DNA from: Octopus sinensis
Taxonomy: Eukaryota
Assembly (NCBI RefSeq): GCF_006345805.1
Contig: NC_042997.1
Span: 136,400,001 to 136,464,000, forward strand
Reading direction: 5' to 3'
Length of the DNA: 64,000 nucleotides
Shown: positions 49,913 through 63,345 of the stretch, piece by piece
Position numbering within the stretch: position 1 is the stretch's first letter
How the letters are laid out: each line of letters opens with the position of its first letter
Notes under the pieces: model-generated
Database searches by the model: none
The model's input: the letters and a program-made list of their open reading frames with translations, nothing else
Told to the model about the DNA's origin: nothing
Made by a program: the position numbers and the translations under genes

Positions 49913-50599
49913 AAAAAGAAAAATAAATAACACCTCTAACCACGTGGTGGTTAAAAGGGTGGCCAATGAGTTAAAGTGCTGGGCTACAGATTTAAATCTG
50001 TTGTCACGGACATTATGTACTATGCTTAATAATAAGTTTACATGCTATGCAGCAAATGAGATTGTATAGAATGTTCAGTCGAAGTGGCTGTAACTTGACG
50101 TTAAATGTAGGTTTGGGGTATAGTAAGAGTGCTGTTAGGAAGATGTAGGAGCAAATATATCATCTGAATTCCAAGTGAAGCTTCCAGACTGGATTAGGTT
50201 GGGATCAAATGGATACTTGAATAAAAAGTCGTGTCAATTTTTGTATCTTTTAAGGAAGAGAAGTAAATGCTTATAAAAGATTTTGGCATTAAAGAGATAC
50301 ATTGCAGGAAGAGGAAGTTACAGAAAATGGTGAACTTCAGCGGCAGAATCGCAACGTACAAAAAGAAAGGGACTCCGATCGCTAAGTGGGCTTGTGTGTA
50401 GGCTTAGTGGGGGGAAGGTTCCGCGATAGATTGGTAGATATGTTGTAGGAAGGTTATGTGGAAGAAAGTCGAGATAGGAGTGAGTGTTGGTTTGATGTTG
50501 TTGCTTTTGTTTAGCCTGAGATCAACCCTAATCTAGCAAACCAAGGCATTCTGTGACGCTATATAATCCAAGGCATTCTGTGACGCTACTTGCTTTTCA

Positions 50600-50830
50600 A
50601 GGATACCTAGAACTACAAACATTATACTATATGTGTTTCCCTTTCTTTCAGGCGGTAGAGGGTATATCTGAAGGAGAGTTCTTTTTTAGCAGGTTGAGCA
50701 ATTCCACAAAGCTCTGTCGTTGGCACGTGTATTGTTTTGTAATAAAAAGTGATGTGAAGGTAGATGTTGTCCTGAAGAACAGAAATTTCAAGTAAATTTA
50801 TGGTGGTATTGACATCAGCCGGTGGTATTG
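50600..50830 (-). mobile_element. Penelope-like RT C-terminal remnant
   Basis: INLLEISV...LHITFYYKT...AQPAKKELSFRYTLYRL resembles the PFLD...YxKPT...HP...K region. Confidence 0.4.
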
Positions 50831-50865
50831 CCATATACAATCCAGCCTGGGGAGATTTTGTCTGT

Positions 50866-51179
50866 ATATCGTCGAGCTTACGATCGTGAGGTTGTGAGCT
50901 CGAATCCCGGACCGGGCTGGGTGTTGTGTTCTTGAGCAAGGCACTTTATTTCACGTTGCTCCTGTTCACTCAGCTGTAGAAATGAGTTGCGACGTCACTG
51001 GTGCCAAGTTGTATTGGCCTTTGCCTTTCCCTTGGATAACACTGGTGGCGTGGAGAGGGGAGGCTGGTATGCATGGGCGACTGCTGGTCTTCCATAAACA
51101 ACCTCGCCCGGACTTGTGTCTAGGAGGGTAACTTTCTAGGTGCAATCCCATGGTCATTCATGACCGAAGGGGGTCTTTT
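50866..51179 (+). mobile_element. tRNA-derived SINE family B, tail type 3
   Basis: Same B box and ttgtgttcttgagcaaggcact block as 49667 but a different 3' half ending tcatgaccgaagggggtcttt. Confidence 0.75.
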
Positions 51180-52116
51180 ATGTACATGTCAAATATGTAT
51201 GAGTGTGTAATAGCTCCCTTCCCTTTCATTCGTTTCTCACTCTGAGCAAGCTCACATCCACATCCTATATAACTTCAACCACCTGTCACTTCCTTCTGTT
51301 TCAACTTCCTTCTCATTTACTTGCCTCCTACACAAGCGACATGGCCATTTCTACTTTCTTTCCTCTCACTTTTAGATGAATGCGCGAAACGTTTACACTA
51401 TGCACTCCTTACAGCAAATGAACTCAAGCGGTCCTGTCAAATTCTACATGAAATGGGTGTGTACGTGTGTGCATGCGTGTGTGTGTGTGTGTGGTGTGTG
51501 TGTGTGTGTGTGCTTCTGCATGTAAGCATACATGCATGTATGTAAACACAATATCAACCACTCTTGCAAAGCTGTTTATAAACAGTATTCGTTAGGATAT
51601 CATTGATTTTTTTTATTATTATTTACTTATTACATGCTTTAACCGTTTAAACTGTTTCCAAGCTTTACAGACAATGAACATGTTGCTTATTTTTGCTACG
51701 TAAAAATAACTTTTTGGCAGAAACCTGTCCGCCAACAAATGTATAAAAATTGACGCCGGCGGATATTTGAAGCTGTAGAATTCAAAATATGTGAAATGTG
51801 TATAGATATCATTTTGTAATATATATATCAATCCATTTCTTTCACGAAAACGGTCAAGACGGTCGAGTGTTGAAATTGACTCATCTTTCAATGTTTGTAT
51901 TATTTTTGACACGTGTCGCACAGGCTTTTCGTTTCACTGTTCAATTGCAAAATCCATGTAAAGAGACGGGGTTAATAAATATGCAACAGAATGGCATTAT
52001 TAATGCGGTTTGGCACGTATAACATTAGATTCCAATCATGGAACACGCGCGTGCGCACATATACATACACATATATATCATATATATTTAATTATATATT
52101 TATGCAATGTGCACTG

Positions 52117-52217
<101 letters not shown>

Positions 52218-52222
52218 ATATG

Positions 52223-52253
<31 letters not shown>

Positions 52254-52298
52254 TATGTATGTATGTATATATACATGTATGTGAATACAGACATATAT

Positions 52299-52343
<45 letters not shown>

Positions 52344-52860
52344 TATATATACATACACAATTCTACGTGTGTATATATGCATAATACTTTAAGTGTAAGG
52401 TATCTAGATGATGAACATATATATTTATAATTACATTCATATGTCCATACACACTCATGTAATTAATATCTTATATTCATTTTTACGCATGTAACTAAAC
52501 GTGACCCTATATATAAACACTATACATGTTTATGTATATATATATATACCCATATTATGTTTAAATATATATTCCTGTGCATACATGTATGTGTAAACAT
52601 ATTTTGTATTTATATATAATATACTTATTATCTATATATATTGTATCTTTTATTTATGCATATATCCATTTCTATACATGCGTGCGTGCATGTGTTTATA
52701 CATACATATTTGTATGCCTACATACATGCATACATACATACATACATACATACATACATACATACATACATACATACATACATACATACATACGTGAGTT
52801 TAAAAGACAATAAGTCAGGGAAAAGATGCACTCGTATATCAGTCAGTAAAGTGGGTATAT

Positions 52861-53203
<343 letters not shown>

Positions 53204-53457
53204 TACATACATATATACTATATATATATATGTACATACATATATAAACAGACATATATACTATATATATATATATATATATTATATAAAAATACTATAT
53301 ATACAGAAATATATAAAATATATAACATGTATATAACTATGTATACTGCGTATGTGTATATAGTGTTCTTACCATAATACATATAGATGTAAATATGTAT
53401 ATGTATATATACATATACATATATAAATATATATATATATATGTATGTATGTACATA

Positions 53458-53492
<35 letters not shown>

Positions 53493-53642
53493 GTATATAT
53501 ATAAATACACATATATACATACACACACACACATATATATATGAATATATATGTATGTATATATATATGTGTGTGTGTGTAAATATATCTGTATATATAT
53601 ATATAAATATATATACATATATATATATATATACATATATAT

Positions 53643-53673
<31 letters not shown>

Positions 53674-53736
53674 ATATATATATATATATATACATACATA
53701 CACACACACACATATATATATGCATGTATATGTATG

Positions 53737-53779
<43 letters not shown>

Positions 53780-54693
53780 GAGAGAGGGGGGAGGAGGAGA
53801 GAGAGAGAGCTTATGTACTTTCATATGTCTATGAACTTGACTGAAAGTTGCTGGTGGTGGTGCTGCTGCTGCTTTTATTGTGTAAACACAATGACTATAA
53901 TGATGATGTTTATGATTGTGATGATTATGATACCTATGTTCATATTACTGTTGCTATTTCTTATGTCATTGTTATTTTACATAATTGTTCCTTTTTTTGT
54001 AATAGCCGACATAAAAACAACTTTATCTCATATGAGTCTCCATTGTTTTTAATGAATATTTCTATTATTTATCTTTCAAACATTCTTTGCTATTGGTGTA
54101 TTTGTTGTTCTTGCTTTTACTGCTGTCGGCGTGATAAAGACTGAATAACAAGTCTCAACTATATACAATACATAATGCGGTAAACACACGCGCGCGCACA
54201 GAGTATGTGTGTGTGTGTGTGTATACACACAGTTTAAGCTTGAGAGCGGCGGCCATGCTGGGTACTCATATAGGATTTTCTTCTCTAAACAAACAAATTG
54301 AATAAAGCATGGCTTTTCTGAAGAAAAGTTAACTCACGTAACGAACTTTGATCAATGAACGACGAATATACTATACACGCGCATTAGTGGCTAGAAGAGC
54401 ATATCTGAGCGGTTCGTTAACGTCTATATTCACATTTTGTGCAGATTATAAATTTTCAAATTTCATTTAGAACACAATATTTTTTAATCATAGATATTTT
54501 CAAATATATATTTGCGACGGATGCAGTATTAATATCGAATGGTAATCTTTATATCTTACTTAACGTGGCTGTATTATTAGAACGCTGAATACTGCGACAT
54601 TCGCCTTGAGAGATCCTCTTTTATATGCGTACGGTGCTAAGGGCACAAGCATATATAGTAGCGGACGAGAACCCTCTAACATGGGCGCTGGAA

Positions 54694-54739
54694 CTGCCAG
54701 ATCACGTGATTTCAGCGTACCGTGCATCTTCAGTAGCAG
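54694..54739 (-). ncRNA. Minimal type-I hammerhead-like motif
   Basis: CTGCTA-CTGAAGA-tgcacggtacgct-GAAA-TCACGTGAT-C-TGGCAG; 6-bp stem I, 10-bp palindromic stem III, weak stem II. Confidence 0.45.
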
Positions 54740-55089
54740 ATGTTCGGTAGCCAATGTTACAAATATAAACATGGGTCGGCAGAAGACAGTTAGAAATCAA
54801 TTACCATCGAAAATATGAGGGAAATAATATGTATCCATGAAAATAGGACTAGTGCTAGCAACATTAGTACAGAGTACTGAGTAGCAAAATCAACAATCTG
54901 CACTACACTAAAAAGCAAGAATAAATTAAGAAGTGTGTAGGTATCTTAGGAAATAACCAAGGTTAGTAAAACATGTAACAACTTTGTTGAAGATATGGCA
55001 AATTCACTTTTGGTGTGGTTTAAATATAAGTTCTTTATGATAGTTTAAGTGAATCGATAAAATTATGTAAATGCCTAACAGCTGTTTGA

Positions 55090-55440
55090 TGATTTGAGAA
55101 AGAATTATCCCAGTGGAAGTAGTATTGCAGAGCTGAACTTCCTTGTTTCAGATGGTTGGTGTACCAGATTCCGAGAAAGAAATGGATTACATAGTGTTGG
55201 GAAGCATTATGTGTCTGCCAACGCAGACTATAAAACAGCTCGTGTGTACGACGTTGTGTTTTTAAACATTATTGAAAAGGATGGCTTCGTTTCAAAGCAG
55301 GTGATGAAAAGCAGCTCTTGAGGAGGAAGATGCCTTATTGAAAAATTATCATAAAGGAGGAGTTTCCTCCTTTACCATTTAGAAAACAGCAGATCATTCA
55401 GAAACAGTCATAAGAACCGTCTTAGAGCTTCGTAGCGGTC
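55090..55440 (+). mobile_element. Tigger/pogo-like transposase remnant
   Basis: FLVSDGWCTRFRERNGL...VSANAD...KQV...DE...RKMP...IIKEE resembles the CENP-B HTH to DDE junction. Confidence 0.65.
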
Positions 55441-55500
55441 AAACCTTGGCATCCAATTTTTATGCTGGCGTTGATTTGGACAGATTTTTCATTAGGAGCA

Positions 55501-55502
55501 TC

Positions 55503-55557
<55 letters not shown>

Positions 55558-55645
55558 CGATGATGATGACGATGATGATGACGATGATGATGATGATGAG
55601 GAGGAGGAGGAGGAGGAGGATGATGATGGTGATGATGATGATGAT
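55501..55645 (+). repeat. Compound trinucleotide array (GAT)n(GAC)(GAG)n(GAT)n
   Basis: Visible directly; gives the poly-Met pseudo-ORF. Confidence 0.95.
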
Positions 55646-55898
55646 GTTAATTATATTATAATTTTGCTTGTTCGTTCGTTCAAACGTTACGCTTTAGTTA
55701 GTTACAGAGGGGAGGGGAGTGAGTGAAACGTGGGTCAAAAGTGTGAGGGGAGAGAGTGGAGGAAGGAATGTGTGGGAAAGAAGGCGAGAAAGATGCATAC
55801 ATATGTATGCGTATATGCATGTATACATCTATGTGTGTGTGTGTGTGTGTGTGTGTCCGGTATGGTCGGCATGGCTCGAAGTTAGGTGAATAAAAAAC

Positions 55899-56560
55899 AA
55901 ATAAGTAACAAGGATGTCCAGGCATCAGTGTATTACGGCCGTTTCAAGCGGCTCCTTTTTATCGATCGATGAAACCATTACATCATTTTGAAATAAACTG
56001 GTCTCCTCGGGTGCAGATTAGCATATAGATTTCCAGCATATAGGATACACCATTATAATTTTTTAGCAAATTTTTCATCAGTACTAGAGACTAAAATAAT
56101 TACATTGCTTCTCTTTGCTATTTTTGTAGCAGAATGAACTTAGGGGGAAAATACTTAAAGCCTACTATAATAGGCTTTAAGGGGTTGTAAAATACATGCT
56201 GCATTGAGTCTTTTGAATGTGATAAGGATAAAGATGAATGTAGCCATTCCTTTTTCTTGACTCCCATTATTTTCTTCTGCCACTCTGAATTATAGTAGGC
56301 TTTAAGTATTTTCCCTAAATTCATTCTGCCACACAAAAGCGAAGAAAAGCAATGTAATTATTTCAATGTCTAGTACTGATGAAAAAGTTTCTAAAAAATT
56401 ATAATGGTGTACCTTGTATGTTGGAAATCTATATGGTCGTCTGCACCGAGAAGAGCGGTTTGTTTCAAATTGATGTTATGTTCTCATTGATCGATAAAAT
56501 AATGGAGTCGCTTGAAACTGCCGTAATGCACTGATACCTGGACATCCTTGTTATTTATTT
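55899..56560. mobile_element. 662-bp foldback element with ~270-bp imperfect inverted arms
   Basis: 55899-56170 is a diverged reverse complement of 56290-56560; 119-bp spacer; no TSD identified. Confidence 0.85.
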
Positions 56561-57542
56561 GCTTCGTGTATATATATATTGCTAAATCATTATTCTTAGC
56601 CTTTATAACCACAATAACAGCATGCCTCTCTCTCTATATATATAAGTATATATATGTATGTGTGTGTGTGTGTATGTAAACGTATCTATATATTAACACA
56701 CTAAAGCTAAATGCGCTATACTTTCACGTGGTTAGTTGAAGGAAGAGGCGAAAAGCAAGTGAAAAAGAGTGAGGGAGGCGTGTTAACGACGTGGGGTAGG
56801 GGGAAGCAATAGTTATTACATGGTTAAAAAGTCAGGTGAGGGGAGGGATACAGTGGAACAAAGTTAGAAATACAATGTTTTACAGAGGGGTGATGTTCTG
56901 GTGGTGAGATTAAAGAAAGGTAGAGAGAGAAAGGCACGGAGAGAGAGGCAGTTATATCGAAGGTGAGAAGCAGAGAGAGATACATTAAGCTGTTACTTGA
57001 TTAGTAGAAGTAAGAAGTGAAGAGGGTGATGGCATGGGTAAAACGTTTGTTGACGTCAAAAGTAGAGAGAAAAAGAAATACAAAGTGTTTAGTTGAGGAA
57101 ATTTTAGACATCATCTCTTATGATAAAAGGCAGATTTTCTCTGCCTGTTCCCATGTTCCTTTTTAATACAATTCTACAATATAGAATTTCTTCAATTGGA
57201 ATTTATCTATGATTTTTCGAAGTAGATTCGATAGGGTCATGGTATATAAAGTTTTTTCAATTTGCGCCCCCCCCCCCCAATTAAGCAAAAATTCGAGAAA
57301 GCTCAATATTTTACGATTTGCCCCTCTCATTTCAAGTGGTTTACTCCTGCTATTGCCACCACACTTTCTCCTACTTTCTCTTTGCAAGTATGAAACTCTT
57401 AAAGTGAAAGTATTATATGCCAGGGATGAGCCATTAATAGTGGTCATCCTTTTTGCTCGAGGAATATCCGCTATGGTCTTATATGCTACACCACTGGTTT
57501 TCAATTCATATTAATCAAATTAATATTCAATTTTTCACCCTT

Positions 57543-57629
<87 letters not shown>

Positions 57630-58382
57630 TAGCAATTCGTATAAAATTGCATCAATGACTTGAACTTGAATAAGTGGTTTCACATAAATGGGGATAAATT
57701 AAAAAGGTTTGTTATTATTATTACTGTTTGACTATTGTACTCACGTTTGTTGGTTCCTCGTCAGGGAAACGTTGTTGTGTTGCATTTGTTAAATAATTGT
57801 AAACCGTAACCCTCCCTCTTTCGGAGAAGGGGCTTTGGTTATTGTTTCAAAATTAAATTGTGTCCCTGTTTGGGGAAATTGACAATATTTTCACCGTCTT
57901 TACGGAAGCATTTTTGTTAAAATGCCTTCGGTAGAAGAAAGTCCAAAAATGAATTTCGCTGCAGCCGTACACTTCTATACAAGAGGGAGGACAAGATACA
58001 ATTGATCGAAATTGCAAGAGACGGGCCTACAATTCCAGTCTGTTATATATTTTTAGTATTGTTATCACTAGCGATATCAAGATATAACTTTGTATTTTGT
58101 ATTTTATGTGTAGATGTATATATATAGATGTACATGTAATATGTACACATATATATACACATATATACATGCATAATATATCTACCCATACACACATACG
58201 CACACACACACACATACATAGGTCCTGGGTTCAGTCCCACTGTGTGGTGACTTGGCATGTGTCTTCTGCTGTAGCTTCAGACCAACAAAAGCCTTCTCAG
58301 TGGATTTTATACATATATACAGGCATACATACATATATATACATGCATACGTACATATTCGGCATAAACACTCTACCACTAC

Positions 58383-60057
58383 AACTAATAACTGTTGGGA
58401 ACACTTTCAAACCTGCCTTACATTCGAACCGGAATCTCAAAAACATTGTCCCCTTCAGCTCCAAGCTCAACTTCTCTATCCTGACATGGAGGGTATCAGC
58501 AATGAAATCTATAACAAAACACTCATTGACGTTGAAGACAGAATTGCTAAACTGGGTGGAAAAGAATTGTCGACGTATGGCCTGCCACAAGCATTCAGGT
58601 CAGGGTCAAATAGCCTTCCCACTGCTGTCATTCGTGAAACAACCTACGACACTCAAGCGCTTTCAAAGTACATTGTTGAAAATGAGCCTAAATTACTTCC
58701 GGACCAGCTGCAGGCCTACAGAATTATTCTTAACAGTGTACGCCAACGCGAGGGACGAATCTTCTTCGTCGATGCTCTAGGAGGGACAGGAAAAACATTT
58801 ATTACAAAGCTTCTCCTTGCAGAAGTTAGGTAGCATCAGGACATTGCAATAGCTGTAGCCTCCTCTGGCATTGCAGCTACTTTGTTACCCGGTGGCAGGA
58901 CAGCACACTCAACTTTTAAACTCCCTCTCAATTTAGCAGCATCCGAAATGCCTTCATGCAACATCAACAAAAGCTCAGATCAGGGACAAGTACTTAAAAT
59001 GTGTTATGTAATTGTCTGGGATGAGTGCACTATGGCTCACAAGGGAGCTTTGGAAGCATTAGATAGAGCCCTGAAAGACATCCGAGACTGTCAGGCTCCA
59101 ATGGGAGGTGTAACGCTTCTGTTGTCAGGTGATTTCAGGCAAACTCTTCCTGTCATTCCAAAAGGCACTAGAGCTGATGAAGTTCAAGCATGCCTAAAGT
59201 CTTCTATCCTGTGGCATTATGTTACATTCTTTAGTCTCACCACTAACATGAGAGCTCAGCTACACGGCGACAAAATGTCCACAAAGTTTGCACATGACAT
59301 TTTGACACTTGGTGAAGGCAAGATGCCTCTCGATGCTGCAGGACAAATGGAAGTGTGGTCATTTTCCTCTGTTGTTAATTCTGTAGATGACCTCAAAAAC
59401 AAAGTCTTTCCCAACTTCACACAAAACTACCAAAATCACAATTGGCTGTGTGAAAGAGCAATATTAGCTCCAAAAAACGTCGCTGTTAACAAAATTAATC
59501 AACAGCTAATGCATTCTCTTCCCGGCACTATACACACTTACAAGTCTGTTGATACAATTCCAGATATAAATGAAGTTGTGAACTATCCTCCTGAATTTCT
59601 CAATTCACTGGAGCCTCCTCGACTACCTCCACACATATTACCACTTAAAGTTGGAACTCCTGTAATGCTATTCCACAATCTGGAACCACCAAGACTTTGC
59701 AATGGAACACGACTGGTGATAAAGAAAATGATATCACACGTTATCGAGGCGATCATTCTTTCTGGATGTGGAAAAGGTGATGACGTCTTTATTCCAAGAT
59801 TTCCTCTTACTCCATCAGGAGCAGAAATTCCATTTACATTCAGAAGTCTGCAATTCCCCCTTCGTGTCAGCTTTGCCATGTCCATTAACAAATTTCAGGG
59901 TCAAACCCTCTCTGTAGCTGGTCTTCTCTTGGAAGAACCCTGCTTCTCGCATAGGCAACTGTATGTTGGCTGTTCAAGAGTAGGAACCAAAAGAAACCTT
60001 TTTGTATATGCTCCACAAGGAAAAACAAGGAACGTTGTTTACAACGAGGTGTTATAA
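58383..60057 (+). pseudogene. Helitron PIF1-family helicase pseudogene (Rep domain absent)
   Basis: One frame with a single TAG at 58831-58833; DALGGTGKT, VASSGIAATLL, IVWDEC, GDFRQTLPV, RLCNGTRL, FAMSINKFQGQTL, FSHRQLYV; several conserved motif residues are substituted. Confidence 0.9.
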
Positions 60058-60202
60058 TCTCAACAGCCAGCAGGTATATACATGATCCCCCTTTTTTTAA
60101 GAAACTTCATGTACTTTCATGTATTTATATTAATATACATATATTTGTGTGTGTGTGTGTTGTGTGTGTGTGTGTGTGTGGTGTGTGTGTGTGTGTGTGT
60201 GT

Positions 60203-60238
<36 letters not shown>

Positions 60239-60296
60239 CAGAAAAGTCTAATTCTTCTATTGAATGTAACCGGGCAACGCCGGGTATCTCTACTAG
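58383..60296 (+). mobile_element. 5'-truncated autonomous-type Helitron
   Basis: Helicase followed by (TG)n(TA)n, hairpin ccgggcaacgccggg at 60270-60284 and CTAG|T at 60293-60297. Confidence 0.9.
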
Positions 60297-61369
60297 TATA
60301 ATATATTAATATGACTGACAAGGAACTAATATTTTAATATTTAAGTTTTTATATCTTCTATCTATCGATCTATTTATCTATTAATTTACATTGACAAACA
60401 TCGATGGCTAGACGGAAGGAAGGCTTATATTAGAAACGATAATAAACTTATTAGAAACAGAAAGATAGATTTTTCAAAGAAAGTGATATAAATAAGCAAC
60501 ATATCTGAGGTAGTTTTTTGGGTTTTTTTGTTTTTGCAATTTGGTGTGGGGGGTTTTTTTGGGGGGGGTCTTTGAGTAGAAAGATACATCAACAGCAAGA
60601 AAAGTAGATATGAAACAAACAACTGAAACTGAAATCAAATCAAATCAAAATATTCTTGGTTGGTAAACAATTTAGACTGAGCTTTTTTTATTGAAAACTA
60701 AAGTGACGATGGTGGTAATGATAGTGACGGCGGTGGCGGCGCGGTGGTAGTGGTGGTGGTGGTGGCGGCGGCGACGGCGATGGTGAGCGGATATCGCCCA
60801 TCACTTAATGAATGTGCATAAGTACAATTATTTATTGTCTGCTCGCTTGAAAACTGATATTCGTTTATAAAACGTGGATGACAGACAACTTATGCTAGCA
60901 AGAAACAGAATGAGATGGCATAGGCAACGACGTAAAGGGGAAACAGAGGGTGAAATCACTAGAACAAGCATGGGACCAACAATGTAGAAGGGAAAATATG
61001 AATGAAAGAGAATACAGTGAGTATTTACAACAGATAGGAGAACGAGCTCAAAATAGAATAGAAAATGAAAATGTGAGAGACCGCCAAAACAAATTGCAGA
61101 CATATAGTTAAAAGCTACAACATTGATGACATAAATATTGTCTGTAATTCATAAATAAACATATGAACTGCTGAAGAATGGGAGAGTCATCCTCCCTCAA
61201 TTACAACCTTATTCAGAAGAACTAAAATTGTTTTCCTTTTTTTAAAATTAAAATAATGTAGAATTTCAAAAGTAACACTTATTTTTATGGTTCTATATAA
61301 ACTTCCAACAATCTAAAAGATTTCGTATTTATCGTGGAATTTCCATGGGTACTACCAGTCTAATATTAA

Positions 61370-61776
61370 CTAGTGGGACCCGTGGAAGTTCCACGGAATG
61401 GAAAAAATTAAGAGGACCTAAAAGATGATTTGCATTTTTATAGCATTCATAGTTTAGCTTTCTTTAAATATTCTTGACGTTCGTCTACATTCATTTCCTA
61501 ACGTAAAGTTAGACGAAATGCCGCAAAACATTTGCATGTATAAATTAGGTGAATTCTATAATGTAGATTCTTAATGGAAATCATTTGCACGCGGGTGACG
61601 CTACATTCAGTTCAAGTAGCCATCTGTCTCTCATATTCAGCATATGAACATGGTTTTCGTACGAGATAGAAATTCGTATAGAGGGGTGTGCTTTAAAACA
61701 CAATATATAGTGGATGTCGTAGGGAAATTAAAAAATCTTTCCAGCAATGGTTAGCACAAGTGTTTTATATATATTG
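61370..61776 (-). mobile_element. Non-autonomous Helitron; 3' end clear, 5' end approximate
   Basis: Minus strand ccgtggaacttccacgg hairpin plus gtcccaCTAG|t; a degenerate opposite-facing end lies at 61332-61359. Confidence 0.6.
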
Positions 61777-61794
61777 GCCTTTTAAGGTCTTGTT

Positions 61795-61915
61795 GAGGCG
61801 GGGACTGGCAGAATCGTTAGCCCGCCGGACAAGATGCTTAGCAACACTTCGTCTGTCACGTTCTGAGTTCAAATTCCGCCAAGGTCGATTTTGCCTTTCT
61901 TTCGGTGTTGATAAC
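61795..61915 (+). mobile_element. SINE family C, 3'-truncated
   Basis: Head, B box and start of the central domain. Confidence 0.7.
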
Positions 61916-61920
61916 ATACT

Positions 61921-62530
61921 ATGGGTACCCAAAAGAAACCAGAATTTTGCAATATTATTTTATTCACTTAGTTTTGCACATTCACACTTTAATCACCTTC
62001 AAAGTATTCTCCATTTGAGGCAATGCATTGGTCCAGACGCGTTTTCCTCTGTTGGAAGCAGTGCTGGAACTCTGCGAAGTGATGCCTTTTAACGCTTCCG
62101 TCGTCTTTTTTTTTCTTCGCCCCTTCCACTTCTGCAAAACGTTTTCCTTTAAGAATATTTTCATTCAGGAAAACAAAAAAAGTCACAGGGAGAAAGATCG
62201 GGTGAATATGGATGGTGGGTAAGTGGATCATGCATTCAGTTGTGACTGCTTTTGATCTTCCGTGAGCAAGCAAGGCACACATTTTGCTGCAACTCTTTTC
62301 ACTCGCAATTCCTCGTTTAAAATTCATTGGCAGGAGCTCCAGAACACACCAATCATATCAACAAGCTCGTCAATTGTTCGGTGATGGTCCTCCAAGATCA
62401 GTTCATGCATTTTCGTGATATTTTCATTCGTGTGGTGGTGTTGACGGTCGCCCTTAACAAGATTGGTCTTCAAGTGACAAGTGACCATTCCTAAAGCGTG
62501 AAAACCACTCCCAAACTTGTGGCCGCATCT
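61921..62530 (-). mobile_element. Internally deleted mariner remnant
   Basis: QVWEWFSRFRNGHLSLEDQ...GRPST joined to LKGKRFAEVE...FQHCFQQRKTRLDQCIASNGEYFEGD*; TIR-like gggtacccaaaagaaaccagaattt at ~61923. Confidence 0.8.
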
Positions 62531-62689
62531 CTAAACTGTTTCGGCCGAAACAGTTTTTGCTTTCACCAGTTGACGACGCTGGTCGGCAGATTGATGCTTG
62601 AGGGTTGCAATAAGTGAGTTCTAGCGGCGGAAGCCTGAACTACAATGAGCTTGCCCCACAGAGAACGTTTCCGGTTACTTTTGGATACC

Positions 62690-63240
62690 TACTCGTAAGT
62701 ACCAGTTGAGTACTGGGGTCGATGCAATCAACTATCTCCCTCCCCCAAATTTTAGGCTTTGTGCCTATAGTAGAAAAGATCATTATTATTGTCGTGCTTG
62801 TTGTTGGTGTTGTTGTTAAGGCAACGGGCTGGCAGAATCGTTAGTACACCGGACAAAATGATGTTAAGAATTTCGTCCGTCTTCACATTCTGAGTTCAAA
62901 TTCTGCCGATGTCGACTTTGCCTTTCATCGTTTCGGGGGTCGATAAAATAAGTAGCAGTTGAGTACTGAGGTCGATACAACCCCCACCCCAAAATTTAAG
63001 GCTTTGTGCCTATAGTAGAAAGGATTCTTATTGCTGTTGTTGCTGTTGCTGTTGTTGCCGTTGTTGTTAAGGCCGCGAGCTGGGAGAATCGTTAGCACAC
63101 AGGACAAAGTGCTTAGCGGCATTTCGCCTATCTTTATGTTCTGAGTTCAAGTTTCGACTTCTCATTTCATCCTTCCGGGGCCAATAAAGTAAGTGCCAGT
63201 TCAGCACTGGGTTCGATTAAATCGATTTCTCCCCTCCCCA
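62690..63240 (+). mobile_element. Three head-to-tail SINE family C copies separated by (TTG)-rich spacers
   Basis: Tail-only copy 62690-62780; full copies ~62820-63030 and ~63070-63240. Confidence 0.8.
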
Positions 63241-63345
63241 CCCACCATAATATTTCTGATCGCATACCAAAATTTGAAACCACCACTACTACTGCTACTA
63301 CTACTACTACTACTAATGAGTCTCCGGTTCATTAGTATTATCACA

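Noticed and set aside
57160-57520. Overlapping 101- and 113-aa ORFs with faint Penelope RT resemblance
   Set aside because: Only one weak motif (NGSSLAY...YLQ); insufficient for a call.
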